A stretch of DNA of 64,000 bases from sequence record PP993145.1. One strand, written 5' to 3'. Within the stretch, counting starts at the first letter, position 1, and every line of letters starts with the position of its first letter. A model generated the notes under the pieces. That model had not been told where the DNA came from, did no database searches, and saw nothing but the letters and a program-made list of their open reading frames with translations. Positions 9,459 through 17,611 of this stretch are shown piece by piece. This DNA comes from Escherichia phage phiP4. Made by a program: the position numbers and the translations under genes.

Positions 9459-9686
9459 TTAACATTTTACAGCAGAACGTTTGCCATTTCTAGGCGCACC
9501 TGGAAGTCGTGCACGTTCTGCCATTATTCGCTTAATCTTTGAGATATTTTCTAGTGTTTGTTTTTCAGGCTTAATACCTGAAACACTACACCACTGACTA
9601 CCATCCCATGCGGTAATGATCATAACACCATTACTCATGATCTTTTCTGTGAAAGTAATCCTCATTATAGCAACTCGTCTAAGCAA
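9459..9686 (-). CDS. hypothetical protein
   Basis: 75-aa ORF between tRNAs. Confidence 0.35.
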   Translation of the reverse strand: MLRRVAIMRITFTEKIMSNGVMIITAWDGSQWCSVSGIKPEKQTLENISKIKRIMAERARLPGAPRNGKRSAVKC

Positions 9687-9958
9687 GAGGTATATTTAAG
9701 TTTACCATCTTTATCTACTTTGATTTCGACTTCCGCTCGTGGTACTTGACGAACTACACCATGAATCATCTTATAGCGAATGCCTTTAGCTGGTTCATGC
9801 TCTTTTGGAAATACTTGCTTAACCGTTACTACCTTGAAACCCTCACGCGGTGTTAACACTACTACTTGATCACCTTTTTTGATCTTCCAAGAGCTAGGAA
9901 ATTCATAGGTATAGCGTTGACCACCAGTTTGGAACACAACAGAAAGATAACGTTTCAT
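9665..9958 (-). CDS. hypothetical protein
   Basis: 97-aa ORF. Confidence 0.4.
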   Translation of the reverse strand: MKRYLSVVFQTGGQRYTYEFPSSWKIKKGDQVVVLTPREGFKVVTVKQVFPKEHEPAKGIRYKMIHGVVRQVPRAEVEIKVDKDGKLKYTSCLDELL

Positions 9959-10025
9959 TTGGTTTCCCTCTCATTAATTTATATAAATATTATAACAAGA
10001 AATAAGAGAGAAAGCAAATGAATTT

Positions 10026-10193
10026 TTAATAGAGTTTAGTCACTTCATAAACTATACTACGAGATTCTTTATTACGTTCTATTAAATTAGCGTATGCTTT
10101 TTCAGCTTCGTTTTTAGTATTAAAGTCTATAACGTGGGAGGTATTAGCTCTGTTTGATTGACTATACCAGATAACTACTAGGAGTTTAAACAT
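10026..10193 (-). CDS. hypothetical small protein
   Basis: ORF trimmed to second Met to avoid overlap with the tRNA at 10208. Confidence 0.3.
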   Translation of the reverse strand: MFKLLVVIWYSQSNRANTSHVIDFNTKNEAEKAYANLIERNKESRSIVYEVTKLY

Positions 10194-10207
10194 ACTAGTC
10201 CTTAAAT

Positions 10208-10294
10208 TGGTGCTGGGCACAGGATTCGAACCTGCAGTGGGATTACTCCTCCTGATTACAAATCAGGTGCATTCAACCATTCTGCCAACCCAGC
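10208..10294 (-). tRNA. tRNA, anticodon UGU (Thr-type) with unusually long variable region
   Basis: Acceptor GCTGGGT/GCCCAGC, T-arm GCAGG-TTCGAAT-CCTGT, anticodon arm CCTGA-TTTGTAA-TCAGG; 87 nt. Confidence 0.5.
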
Positions 10295-10459
10295 AGAACC
10301 CGTTATTTCAACGGGATTTCTTTTTCAATAACAGGAGACTTATCAGTCATAACTGTCATTGCCATTTGTTGTAGAAATTCAAAGGTGAAGGCTACACGTT
10401 CTTCACCAATCTCTACTTCTACACGTTTCTTTTGTTTATCGATCTTGACTTTTAGGTTA

Positions 10460-10681
10460 TCAGCCATCTTCGGGTTCTCGTTGCTGTGCTACTTCTAGCC
10501 AGTCTGGTAGAAGAAACTTTGTACGAAATTCTTCGTAAGTTTCTTTGGGATAAAAGCTAAAACCTCCTTTCTCATCATTCAGGATAACAGAGCCGTCCGT
10601 TTGTTCGTATGCTCGGTATGTTTCTCCAATAACAATAACTCGTTTATCGGTACTTTTATTACGAAACTCAAAAACGTGCAT
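10460..10681 (-). CDS. hypothetical protein
   Basis: 73-aa ORF. Confidence 0.35.
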   Translation of the reverse strand: MHVFEFRNKSTDKRVIVIGETYRAYEQTDGSVILNDEKGGFSFYPKETYEEFRTKFLLPDWLEVAQQREPEDG

Positions 10682-10697
10682 AACGTTTCCTTAAAGT

Positions 10698-10773
10698 TGG
10701 AGCGGCTAGAGGGAATCGAACCCTACTCAGCGAGGCTTGGAAGGCCTGCGACACAACCCGTGTGCTTAACCGC
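10698..10773 (-). tRNA. tRNA-Gly (UCC)
   Basis: Acceptor GCGGTTA/TAGCCGC, T-loop TTCGATT, anticodon loop CTTCCAA. Confidence 0.5.
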
Positions 10774-10781
10774 TTATTATT

Positions 10782-10857
10782 TGGCTGGAGAAGGAGGAAT
10801 CGAACCTACCATTAACGGAGTCAAAGGCCGTTGTGCTAACCGTTACACTACTCTCCA
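10782..10857 (-). tRNA. tRNA-Gln (UUG)
   Basis: U1-A72 acceptor TGGAGAG/TTCTCCA with G discriminator as in bacterial tRNA-Gln; anticodon loop CTTTGAC. Confidence 0.55.
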
Positions 10858-10863
10858 ATTGTT

Positions 10864-10939
10864 TGGCTGGGATGCCACGGATCGAACGTGGAACCTTCGG
10901 AGTCAGAGGCCGACGATCTGCCAATTGATCTACATCCCA
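10864..10939 (-). tRNA. tRNA-Gln (CUG)
   Basis: Acceptor TGGGATG/CATCCCA, discriminator G, D-arm GATC-AATTGGCA-GATC, anticodon loop CTCTGAC. Confidence 0.55.
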
Positions 10940-10948
10940 AGAATGCTA

Positions 10949-11185
10949 TTAGCTAGATGCTGTTTCTACTGGCTGAGAAACAGCAGGCTGTTCTAACGTA
11001 TCTGGTGCTGATACAGAGAAAAGAGCTTGTAATGCTGCAATATCACGCTCGTAAGTATCAATACGAGTAGTAAGAGTATCTACCATCTGTTTATGGTAGG
11101 ATAAGTTATTCTGAGATTCATCTCGAAGAGTTTGCAGTTCTGCAAGACGTGTTAACATAATTTCACTAATTAAAGCATTACTCAT
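10949..11185 (-). CDS. hypothetical coiled-coil protein
   Basis: 78-aa ORF. Confidence 0.35.
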   Translation of the reverse strand: MSNALISEIMLTRLAELQTLRDESQNNLSYHKQMVDTLTTRIDTYERDIAALQALFSVSAPDTLEQPAVSQPVETASS

Positions 11186-11375
11186 TTGTTTCTCCTAAGT
11201 TTTCCTGTTCTTCTAAACGTTTGCCTTCATGATCTACTCGAATAACTCCGCATCCTTCGCAAATCACAACTGCACCATAACCTTCTTTGACCTCAGCTTC
11301 TGTAATCAAACCAGAAAGATCACCAGTATCTCTGCCCCACATATCAATGGAGCATTGTTTGCAGAAATCAGCCAT
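11178..11375 (-). CDS. small Zn-ribbon-like protein
   Basis: 65 aa with CKQC ... CEGC cysteine pairs. Confidence 0.35.
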   Translation of the reverse strand: MADFCKQCSIDMWGRDTGDLSGLITEAEVKEGYGAVVICEGCGVIRVDHEGKRLEEQENLGETNE

Positions 11376-11400
11376 ATTTTATTTCCTATTTAAGTTAATT

Positions 11401-11477
11401 TGGGGTGGCTAGTGGAATTCGAATCCACATAGGCCTGATTCACAATCAGGATCATTAACCAATTATGATATAGCCAC
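11401..11477 (-). tRNA. tRNA-His (GUG)
   Basis: Acceptor GTGGCTA/TAGCCAC, discriminator C, anticodon arm CCTGA-TTGTGAA-TCAGG, T-arm GTGGA-TTCGAAT-TCCAC. Confidence 0.65.
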
Positions 11478-11704
11478 AATTGAAAACTCGCAGGGTTAGC
11501 GAAACCTTCCTCAATTAGCATGTTCTAGAATACTAATCAAGTTATCTCCTATTGCACGCAGCTCAAGACGAGTACGAATTTTCAATTGTGGCGGCTCTCA
11601 GAAACTCTTCTACTCTAGCTTTAGCAGCTTACTCCCGAACGCATGTCGGGGAAGTCTTACCAAGAGCATCAAATAGCACCGTTACACTTTGAGCCATAGA
11701 TGTA

Positions 11705-11800
11705 TCAAGAAGCAGAAGGATTTGAACCTTCACGAGATAGACCAGTTATCTCAGCCGCTTTATGAGGTATGTTGCAGGGAGTGGATGTTCCCTATAAACC
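11705..11800 (-). ncRNA. tRNA-like element, not foldable as a canonical tRNA
   Basis: Perfect T-arm GAAGG-TTCAAAT-CCTTC at 11716-11732 but no complementary 5' acceptor strand found within 100 nt; bounds are a guess. Confidence 0.25.
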
Positions 11801-12040
11801 TTTTAGGCAGCCCCGTCTACCGATTCCGGCATACTTCAAGAATTTTTTATAAACCAGCAGAAGCCTCATTTAAAGCATCAACAATAGCTTCACGTTGGGT
11901 CATTCCATACCCGGTGGAATCTAGGTGTGGCAAATAAGCCATCCATCCCTTATCTGTTTCATGAAGACATGCTTTAAATTTTTTACCATCCTTCATTGTT
12001 ACAGTAACTGTTTTGCTCATAAGATTTCCTTATAGTTAAT

Positions 12041-12130
12041 TGGCAGAAGATAATGGAGTCGAACCATCACCGTATCGCTACAGCGGGCTGGTTTTCAAGA
12101 CCAGTTACGTACCACTACGTCCTATCTTCT
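12041..12130 (-). tRNA. tRNA-Ser (UGA), type II
   Basis: Acceptor AGAAGAT/ATCTTCT, anticodon arm CTGGT-CTTGAAA-ACCAG (as in E. coli tRNA-Ser UGA), long variable arm, 90 nt. Confidence 0.65.
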
Positions 12131-12143
12131 AGTATTTATTATA

Positions 12144-12491
12144 CTAATAGTCACTCGTACTAGTGAAGTTTTCTACTTTTCCACAGATTTTACAAGTCCT
12201 ACGATGATAGTAGGTAATTTTTACTTTAGACCAGCCATCGTGATCATTACCTAGGTTTTCTGTTACTCCCCAAGTATGAGAACACTCATTTTCAATTTGC
12301 TTAGTAAGAGCGTTATAGCGAGTATAAAACTCCTCCTGAGCAATAGCAAATTCTTTCTGTAGTTTATCACGAGCAATAATAGCACGTTCCAGATATGTTA
12401 AATCAGGCATTCCAGCTTTTTCAGCAACATCTATAATCTTATCTTCATCTAAAGATGCTAAAAACTCTAGAGCTTTATCTTTTGTTAGCAT
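12144..12491 (-). CDS. hypothetical protein with C-terminal Zn-ribbon-like motif
   Basis: 115 aa; CSHTWG ... CKICGK. Confidence 0.4.
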   Translation of the reverse strand: MLTKDKALEFLASLDEDKIIDVAEKAGMPDLTYLERAIIARDKLQKEFAIAQEEFYTRYNALTKQIENECSHTWGVTENLGNDHDGWSKVKITYYHRRTCKICGKVENFTSTSDY

Positions 12492-12510
12492 TATTATTAC
12501 CTCAAGTGTT

Positions 12511-12601
12511 TGGCGGAAGAGGAGAGATTTGAACTCTCAAGCCGTTTTACCAGTCAGCCACTTTCCAAGCGGTTTTCGTCACCAATTCGATTTGCTCTTC
12601 C
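12511..12601 (-). tRNA. tRNA-Ser (GGA), type II
   Basis: Acceptor GGAAGAG/CTCTTCC, anticodon region CCGC-TTGGAAA-GTGG resembling E. coli tRNA-Ser GGA, long variable arm, 91 nt. Confidence 0.55.
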
Positions 12602-12611
12602 AATAATAAGA

Positions 12612-12706
12612 TGATGCCTCTATCACACCAGGCAGTTACGCCTCGCTGGGATTCGAACCCATTAAAACAGCTCAACCGAGATAGTAGGTTTAATTTACTC
12701 TGACCA
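12612..12706 (-). ncRNA. tRNA-like element / degenerate tRNA
   Basis: T-arm-like TGGG-TTCGAAT-CCCA at 12646-12662 without an adjacent acceptor stem; distal ends (12612-12618 and 12700-12706) are partly complementary. Confidence 0.25.
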
Positions 12707-12713
12707 TCAAATT

Positions 12714-12790
12714 TGGTGCGTGACAAGGGATTCGAACCCTCAAAACCCGACTTCTAAGGACGGTATGTATGCCAATTCCATCAATCACGC
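12714..12790 (-). tRNA. tRNA, anticodon UAG (Leu-type anticodon, short variable arm)
   Basis: Acceptor GCGTGAT/GTCACGC, T-arm GAGGG-TTCGAAT-CCCTT, anticodon loop CTTAGAA; anticodon stem has one mismatch. Confidence 0.45.
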
Positions 12791-12795
12791 ATATT

Positions 12796-12874
12796 TGGTG
12801 GAGAATAACGGAATCGAACCGTTCTGATGTCCTCGGTGCAAGCGAGGTGTCCACTCCATGCAGACCCATTCCCC
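12796..12874 (-). tRNA. tRNA-Ala (UGC)
   Basis: Acceptor GGGGAAT/ATTCTCC with G3-U70 pair, anticodon arm CCTCG-CTTGCAC-CGAGG. Confidence 0.65.
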
Positions 12875-12887
12875 AAATTCTTTAGTT

Positions 12888-13072
12888 TACTAAGGCTATT
12901 AGCTCGGCGTAACTACAGCACCTTCGCTTCGAGCGGAAGGAACTGCGTCATCTCGCAAACCCAATACACTATTCAGTTGCCGCTGAATCTAGTGGACCAA
13001 TCTAGAACTTCTCCCGAATCAGGGGGATCGTGCTTTTTGGCAGCCAGTCCTAGGTCGAGCTAATACCTTAGT
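12888..13072 (-). ncRNA. structured ORF-free element closed by terminal inverted repeat (candidate small RNA)
   Basis: About 16-nt inverted repeat taaggctattagctcg (12890-12906) / cgagctaatacctta (13055-13070) enclosing a GC-rich stretch with internal hairpins; strand not determined. Confidence 0.3.
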
Positions 13073-13159
13073 GAACTATGATGAGGATTTCTCCTCATCA
13101 ATTTATATAAATATTATAACAAGAAATTAAGCATCAAGCAACTGCGTTTTTTCTTGAAA

Positions 13160-13239
13160 TTGGTAGATCGCCTGGGACTCGAACCCAGAACCTTCCGATT
13201 AAAAGTCGGATGCTACTAAACCTATTGAGCTAGCGATCT
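13160..13239 (-). tRNA. tRNA-Lys (UUU)
   Basis: Acceptor AGATCGC/GCGATCT, anticodon arm TCCGA-CTTTTAA-TCGGA, T-arm CTGGG-TTCGAGT-CCCAG. Confidence 0.7.
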
Positions 13240-13428
13240 ATTAGTAACCATTATACACTTCTTTAATAGAGTGGACTTTTAAGTAAGGGTGATTAGTACT
13301 AAACTCTACCATTACTTCATCCCAATTTTTACCATAATGAGCAAGTAAGGATTTTGATGTATTCTTACCTAATCGTTTATCACTTACTACTAATCGAAAT
13401 ACTTTCATTTCGAAATCCTCTATTAAAA

Positions 13429-13506
13429 TGGAAGCGGGTGCAGGAATCGAACCTACCTCTTTCTAGCTTATGAGACTAGCGATCTCTACCAGAGATCTAA
13501 CCCGCG
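13429..13506 (-). tRNA. tRNA-fMet-like (CAU), initiator-type
   Basis: Anticodon loop CTCATAA; 5' end CGCGGGT with unpaired position 1-72 (C1/U72), the hallmark of bacterial initiator tRNA. Confidence 0.55.
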
Positions 13507-13512
13507 ATTATT

Positions 13513-13588
13513 TGGTCAGTGCGGCAGGACTCGAACCTGCGACCCGAAGCATCCAAGGCTCCCACGCTACCAACTGCGCTACGCACTG
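13513..13588 (-). tRNA. tRNA-Pro (UGG)
   Basis: Acceptor CAGTGCG/CGCACTG, D-arm GCGC-AGTTGGTA-GCGT, anticodon loop CTTGGAT. Confidence 0.65.
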
Positions 13589-13797
13589 TTAATTTTTGTT
13601 AACTCACTTTATAAGATATATTATACAGAGAATTAAGCAGAATAGCAAATGAATTTTTAATAAATTTACTTATTGTGTAGGCCACCTAGAGGCTATGAAC
13701 CCCACGGCTGACAAAGAAGTTTGCGAGACTTCTCTTAAATGCCAGAATAGACCCGCCGATCTATCGGAACCTACATAATAAGTAAACTTTATAGTGT

Positions 13798-13918
13798 CAT
13801 TCTAGACAGGACTCGAACCTGTTATCACTTGTGCGGACTTACGAGAACCATTCTTTCACTCGAATCGAACGAGCTTCTGCCCTCGCCAAGCTGGTTTCCC
13901 CATCAACCACGCTAGAAT
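13798..13918 (-). ncRNA. unusual tRNA-like RNA of about 120 nt (tRNA with large insertion or novel tRNA-like ncRNA)
   Basis: Perfect 7-bp acceptor pairing between 13799-13805 and 13912-13918, perfect T-arm ACAGG-TTCGAGT-CCTGT, D-arm-like TGGT-loop-ACCA, but about 45 extra nt between D-arm and T-arm including a second T-arm-like hairpin. Confidence 0.4.
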
Positions 13919-14040
13919 GTTTGATTGTTTTCAGTGCAAGAGTCCGAGTCTTGGACACGACCGCTTCGCAAGTACATAGGCAGCTTATCATGAGTCAGCA
14001 CTTCCGAATTGCTAGCTCCGTGTTCTGCACTGAAATTTTA

Positions 14041-14388
14041 TTAGTTTAACCGTAAAGTATTATCTACTTCACCATTAATTGTTCGGCATTCTTCTGGGAT
14101 TGCCGGGGTAGCCTTATATTCCCACCACTCAGCACCATCATATTCCCCACGTTCTAACCAAGTTCCATCGGCAAACCATACATTACCATAAAGTAATTGT
14201 CCACCGTATCCAGAATCATATTCAAAGTCTAGGTTATTAAGAAAATCCTCAATATCTTCTTCTGTATAACCTAAAGGTAATACCCAAACTTTTTTATCCC
14301 CATAATACCCGAATTCTATTTTAATACACTTAACTTCAGAATTAGTATTTTTTAAGGCAAGTAACAACTCTTCTTTAGCATTACGCAT
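14041..14388 (-). CDS. hypothetical protein
   Basis: 115-aa ORF. Confidence 0.4.
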   Translation of the reverse strand: MRNAKEELLLALKNTNSEVKCIKIEFGYYGDKKVWVLPLGYTEEDIEDFLNNLDFEYDSGYGGQLLYGNVWFADGTWLERGEYDGAEWWEYKATPAIPEECRTINGEVDNTLRLN

Positions 14389-14413
14389 AATATATTCTCA
14401 TACTGAATTAATT

Positions 14414-14490
14414 TGGCGCGACCGATGGGATTCGAACCCACATTCTCTCCCGTGACAGGGGAGTACCATTACCAAGCCAGCCCCGGTCGC
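14414..14490 (-). tRNA. tRNA-Asp (GUC)
   Basis: Acceptor GCGACCG/CGGTCGC, anticodon arm CTCCC-CTGTCAC-GGGAG. Confidence 0.7.
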
Positions 14491-14499
14491 ATGATCTGT

Positions 14500-14685
14500 T
14501 TATTCAGCTTTGAGTTTTTCAATAGCTGCATTAAGTTCTTTAAGAAACTCTTTTCGTACATTAAGACGATTGAGACTTACTAGTATATCATGTTTAAGTT
14601 CTTCGATGTATTTCTTCTCAACTTCAATATTGTTGATAGTGCTATCACGATGAACTTCTAACTGTGCAATTACATTCTTGGACAT
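14500..14685 (-). CDS. hypothetical coiled-coil protein
   Basis: 61-aa ORF. Confidence 0.35.
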   Translation of the reverse strand: MSKNVIAQLEVHRDSTINNIEVEKKYIEELKHDILVSLNRLNVRKEFLKELNAAIEKLKAE

Positions 14686-14787
14686 GCTTATTTCCTCAGT
14701 TATTAATGAAAATGGTATCTGTGGCTGAATTCGATGTCAGCAATGATAGCTGGTTGGCTACCGGTTTACTTAACTCTACACAGAATT

Positions 14788-14870
14788 TGGCGGGCCGTGT
14801 AGGATTCGAACCTACGTTGTCTTTCGACATGGATTAACAGTCCACCGCCAAACCGCTTGGCTAACGACCC
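14788..14870 (-). tRNA. tRNA-Asn (GUU) with extended variable arm
   Basis: Anticodon arm TGGA-CTGTTAA-TCCA as in E. coli tRNA-Asn; extra GTC-GAAA-GAC hairpin in the variable region; 83 nt. Confidence 0.55.
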
Positions 14871-15022
14871 TAAATTTATATTGCTGACTAGGATTTTCAC
14901 CTAGACGGAGTTAGCACCGTAGCGTGTAGCGGCATACCTCTCCAAACCGTGCCTCATCTTTCAATTACGGAGACAGTGTTCCTACGCGTGCCTGAATTGA
15001 TTTAACAATTCTTTCAGCAAAT

Positions 15023-15098
15023 TGGACGACCGCATGAGATTTGAACTCACATAAAAAGGATTTGCAATCCTTCGCCTAAGCCATTCAGCCAACGGTCG
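15023..15098 (-). tRNA. tRNA-Cys (GCA)
   Basis: Acceptor CGACCGT/GCGGTCG, anticodon arm AAGGA-TTGCAAA-TCCTT. Confidence 0.65.
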
Positions 15099-15165
15099 AT
15101 TTATTATCTTTCATAACGTGCAGCTACATGGTCGGAACCACAACACTTAAATCTAACTAATCGTT

Positions 15166-15408
15166 TCATTTAACACGCTCCGGTAGATCTTCTAGTTTAT
15201 ATTCAGTAGCCACATTAGCAGCATCTAAAAGTAATCCCATGTGTTTAAGGATTTTAGTGATAGATTCGCCTTTGGCTTCTTCTACGAAAGAACGTAGATG
15301 AACAAAGTCAATTCCACCGTCCATACCAGAGAAAATATTTAGTAAGCGAAGCATTACCAGCTTACGTTCATTCAATTCTTGTTCTGTCATGTTGCTTCTC
15401 CAGTTCAA
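15166..15408 (-). CDS. hypothetical protein
   Basis: 80-aa ORF. Confidence 0.35.
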   Translation of the reverse strand: MNWRSNMTEQELNERKLVMLRLLNIFSGMDGGIDFVHLRSFVEEAKGESITKILKHMGLLLDAANVATEYKLEDLPERVK

Positions 15409-15440
15409 TTTATATAATTATTATACAGAACTTTTGGAAA

Positions 15441-15728
15441 CTAAGCAACTACATTTTTTAAGAATTTGATGCCTTTCTTTTTCTTCTTATATTTCCACGT
15501 TAAGGGATTCTGTCGATTATGAACGCTTGAGATCTTCGTCTCGTCAAAGTTCTTCAATATCATGTAATCACAAGATAATTGTTCTAGTGGAATGTGATCA
15601 CCGTCAAAAGCGTATACATAAGGCTGTTGACTAGCACGATAATGATAGACTTTGTTAATTCTACGTTTCAGCGACTTATCCGCGCAGTAAATAAAGAAGT
15701 TTTCAGGATGCATCAGCAGCTCCTTCAA
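15441..15728 (-). CDS. hypothetical protein
   Basis: 95-aa ORF with TTG start. Confidence 0.35.
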   Translation of the reverse strand: MKELLMHPENFFIYCADKSLKRRINKVYHYRASQQPYVYAFDGDHIPLEQLSCDYMILKNFDETKISSVHNRQNPLTWKYKKKKKGIKFLKNVVA

Positions 15729-15730
15729 TT

Positions 15731-15805
15731 TGGTGCACCCTGTTCGTATCGAACGAACCTCTCAAGCTCTTCAGGCAAGCGCTAATCCATCTCAGCTAAA
15801 GGTGC
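15731..15805 (-). tRNA. tRNA-Phe (GAA)
   Basis: Acceptor GCACCTT/AGGGTGC, D-arm GCTG-AGATGGAT-TAGC, T-arm GTTCG-TTCGATA-CGAAC, anticodon loop CTGAAGA; anticodon stem has two U-U mismatches. Confidence 0.45.
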
Positions 15806-15812
15806 AAATTTT

Positions 15813-15888
15813 TGGCAAACCTACTAGGACTCGAACCTAGACCGTACGGTTTTGGAGACCGACATGCTGTCCAGTAACACTCTAGGAA
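15813..15888 (-). tRNA. tRNA-Trp-like (CCA anticodon arm), acceptor not resolved
   Basis: Anticodon arm TCGGT-CTCCAAA-ACCGT matches E. coli tRNA-Trp, T-arm CTAGG-TTCGAGT-CCTAG, but no complementary 5' acceptor strand; 5' bound is a guess. Confidence 0.35.
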
Positions 15889-15897
15889 TGCAGGAAT

Positions 15898-15974
15898 TGG
15901 CGTCCTGTGAGGGGATCGAACCCGCAAATCCTACCTTGAAAGGGTAGTGACTTTACCAGTTTGTCTAACAGGAC
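15898..15974 (-). tRNA. tRNA-Glu (UUC)
   Basis: Acceptor GTCCTGT/ACAGGAC, anticodon arm CTACC-CTTTCAA-GGTAG. Confidence 0.65.
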
Positions 15975-15980
15975 TTAAAT

Positions 15981-16068
15981 TGGTGGGGAAAGATGGAGTC
16001 GAACCACCCGAGTCGCAATGACAACTGATTTACAGTCAGCTCTGCTACCACTTACAGAATATTTCCCC
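15981..16068 (-). tRNA. tRNA-Tyr (GUA), type II
   Basis: Acceptor GGGGAAA/TTTCCCC, anticodon arm GCTGA-CTGTAAA-TCAGT as in E. coli tRNA-Tyr, long variable arm, 88 nt. Confidence 0.65.
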
Positions 16069-16199
16069 ATATTTAGAAGTATTCAAAAAATTCTCATTTA
16101 AACACTTTTAAATATGTTTCCAAATTAGATAAATATTATATCAAGTTTTATAGCACTGAGCAAGTCAAATTTTAAAGAACTTGCTCAGTGCTGTATTAG

Positions 16200-16475
16200 T
16201 TAGTCGAACTTAGGAGTGACAGTTAAGGAGAATGGAAGTTCGAAAACTTCTTCACCCTCATCACTAACAGTAATTACACGACCTTTAAGTTCAGACATTG
16301 AAATATCAATATCAGCTTTTGCATCTGGAGCCATGCCAGCTTCAACACATTTAGCTTTAATTTCCGGTAGAAGTTCTACATCGTAGAAATAAAGCCATTC
16401 AATCTCACCTTCCCAGCCTTCCCAGGATTTACAGATTGCACTTTCAATACCAGCTGCTATAACACGATTTTGCAT
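16200..16475 (-). CDS. hypothetical protein
   Basis: 91-aa ORF. Confidence 0.4.
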   Translation of the reverse strand: MQNRVIAAGIESAICKSWEGWEGEIEWLYFYDVELLPEIKAKCVEAGMAPDAKADIDISMSELKGRVITVSDEGEEVFELPFSLTVTPKFD

Positions 16476-16565
16476 TCGTTAACTCCTCCATCAATTTATA
16501 TAACTATTATACCAGAAATTTAAAGCAAAAGGCAAGTACATTTTTAAAAATTCTGTTTGGAAGAG

Positions 16566-16772
16566 CTAAACTCCAGACTCTTCAGCCAAGTCTAGACTAA
16601 TAAGAGATATAGCCATAATTGCTGCTCCATGTTCTTTTTCTCCAGTTTCTTTAGCTAGAGTTATAATATCAAGAAATTGCTTATGAAAATCTGCAACCTC
16701 TTGAGTTAAACCCGCCTCAGCAATCATACCTTTAAGCATGAAACGTTGTGCGGTAATTTCAGGATTAGCCAT
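16566..16772 (-). CDS. hypothetical protein
   Basis: 68-aa ORF. Confidence 0.35.
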   Translation of the reverse strand: MANPEITAQRFMLKGMIAEAGLTQEVADFHKQFLDIITLAKETGEKEHGAAIMAISLISLDLAEESGV

Positions 16773-16947
16773 GTTGTTTCTCCAGTTTCATCTTTAATAG
16801 TCTACAAATAAAATCAATGTCTTCATCCGTGCCTAGATCTCTATCTTCAAGAGTTGCCTTGAAGTTTTTAGTCAATTCCATGAGAATAACTTCTCTAGAA
16901 CGACGTGTTGGCGGAGGTGGATGTCTATACATCTTATTTCCTTAATT

Positions 16948-17024
16948 TGGTAGGGGTGGTGGGATTCGAACCCACAAAACCTGAATTTTAAGTCCAGTAC
17001 CTATGCCAATTCGATTACACCCCC
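16948..17024 (-). tRNA. tRNA, anticodon UAA (Leu-type anticodon, short variable arm)
   Basis: Acceptor GGGGGTG/CACCCCT, T-arm GTGGG-TTCGAAT-CCCAC, anticodon arm GGAGT... CTGGA-CTTAAAA-TTCAG. Confidence 0.5.
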
Positions 17025-17125
17025 ATGTAATCAGTTTATTAGTTGATACATATTATAGCCTAGTGAAAATCCTACTACTAATCCCACAAACCAACCAATA
17101 TAATAATCTTTTAGTTTCACAGGTA

Positions 17126-17311
17126 TTATCCTCGTTCAATATCTAGGGAAATACCGCAGTTAGGATTAATACCTGTACCATTGCAATTTGCGCAAACCCA
17201 GATATTGCAAAAAGTATCTCCTGCTTCTGCATCAGAACTTTCACCAATTCCCCTACACTCAGGGCAGGCACATTCCTCTAGCTCTTGCTTGAGTTCTTGA
17301 AACTTGGACAT
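17126..17311 (-). CDS. Cys-rich small protein (putative Zn-binding)
   Basis: 61 aa with CACPEC and CANCNGTG clusters. Confidence 0.35.
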   Translation of the reverse strand: MSKFQELKQELEECACPECRGIGESSDAEAGDTFCNIWVCANCNGTGINPNCGISLDIERG

Positions 17312-17319
17312 ATAGTCTC

Positions 17320-17508
17320 CTAGTTAATTACTTTTGAGGCTTCTAAAGCATTGACGTAGTAAACATCTTCTACATTATACATATAGTCTACTACTTTGTC
17401 CATAGCATGGAGTTCAGATGTAGCCTTTACTAGTCTGTACCCTTGCTTAAACTCGTCCGAATGTTCTCTATCTTGTGCAAATTTAACAGAAACTATGAAT
17501 AATTCCAT
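17320..17508 (-). CDS. hypothetical protein
   Basis: 62-aa ORF. Confidence 0.35.
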   Translation of the reverse strand: MELFIVSVKFAQDREHSDEFKQGYRLVKATSELHAMDKVVDYMYNVEDVYYVNALEASKVIN

Positions 17509-17527
17509 TAGTTGTCCTTATTTAATT

Positions 17528-17605
17528 TGGTGGCTCCCCGAGGATTCGAACCTACGTACCTTCCGGTTATGAGCCGGGTGCTCATACCATATGAGCTTGA
17601 GAACC
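17528..17605 (-). tRNA. tRNA, anticodon CAU (Met-type)
   Basis: Acceptor GGTTCTC/GGGAGCC, D-arm GCTC-ATATGGTAT-GAGC, anticodon arm CCGG-CTCATAA-CCGG; T-stem weak. Confidence 0.5.
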
Positions 17606-17611
17606 AAAATC

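Noticed and set aside
10601-10996. Plus-strand 131-aa ORF
   Set aside because: It runs straight through three minus-strand tRNA genes (Gly, Gln, Gln); ORFs of this kind arise by chance in tRNA DNA. The same applies to 11689..11937, 12827..13063 and 13831..14049.
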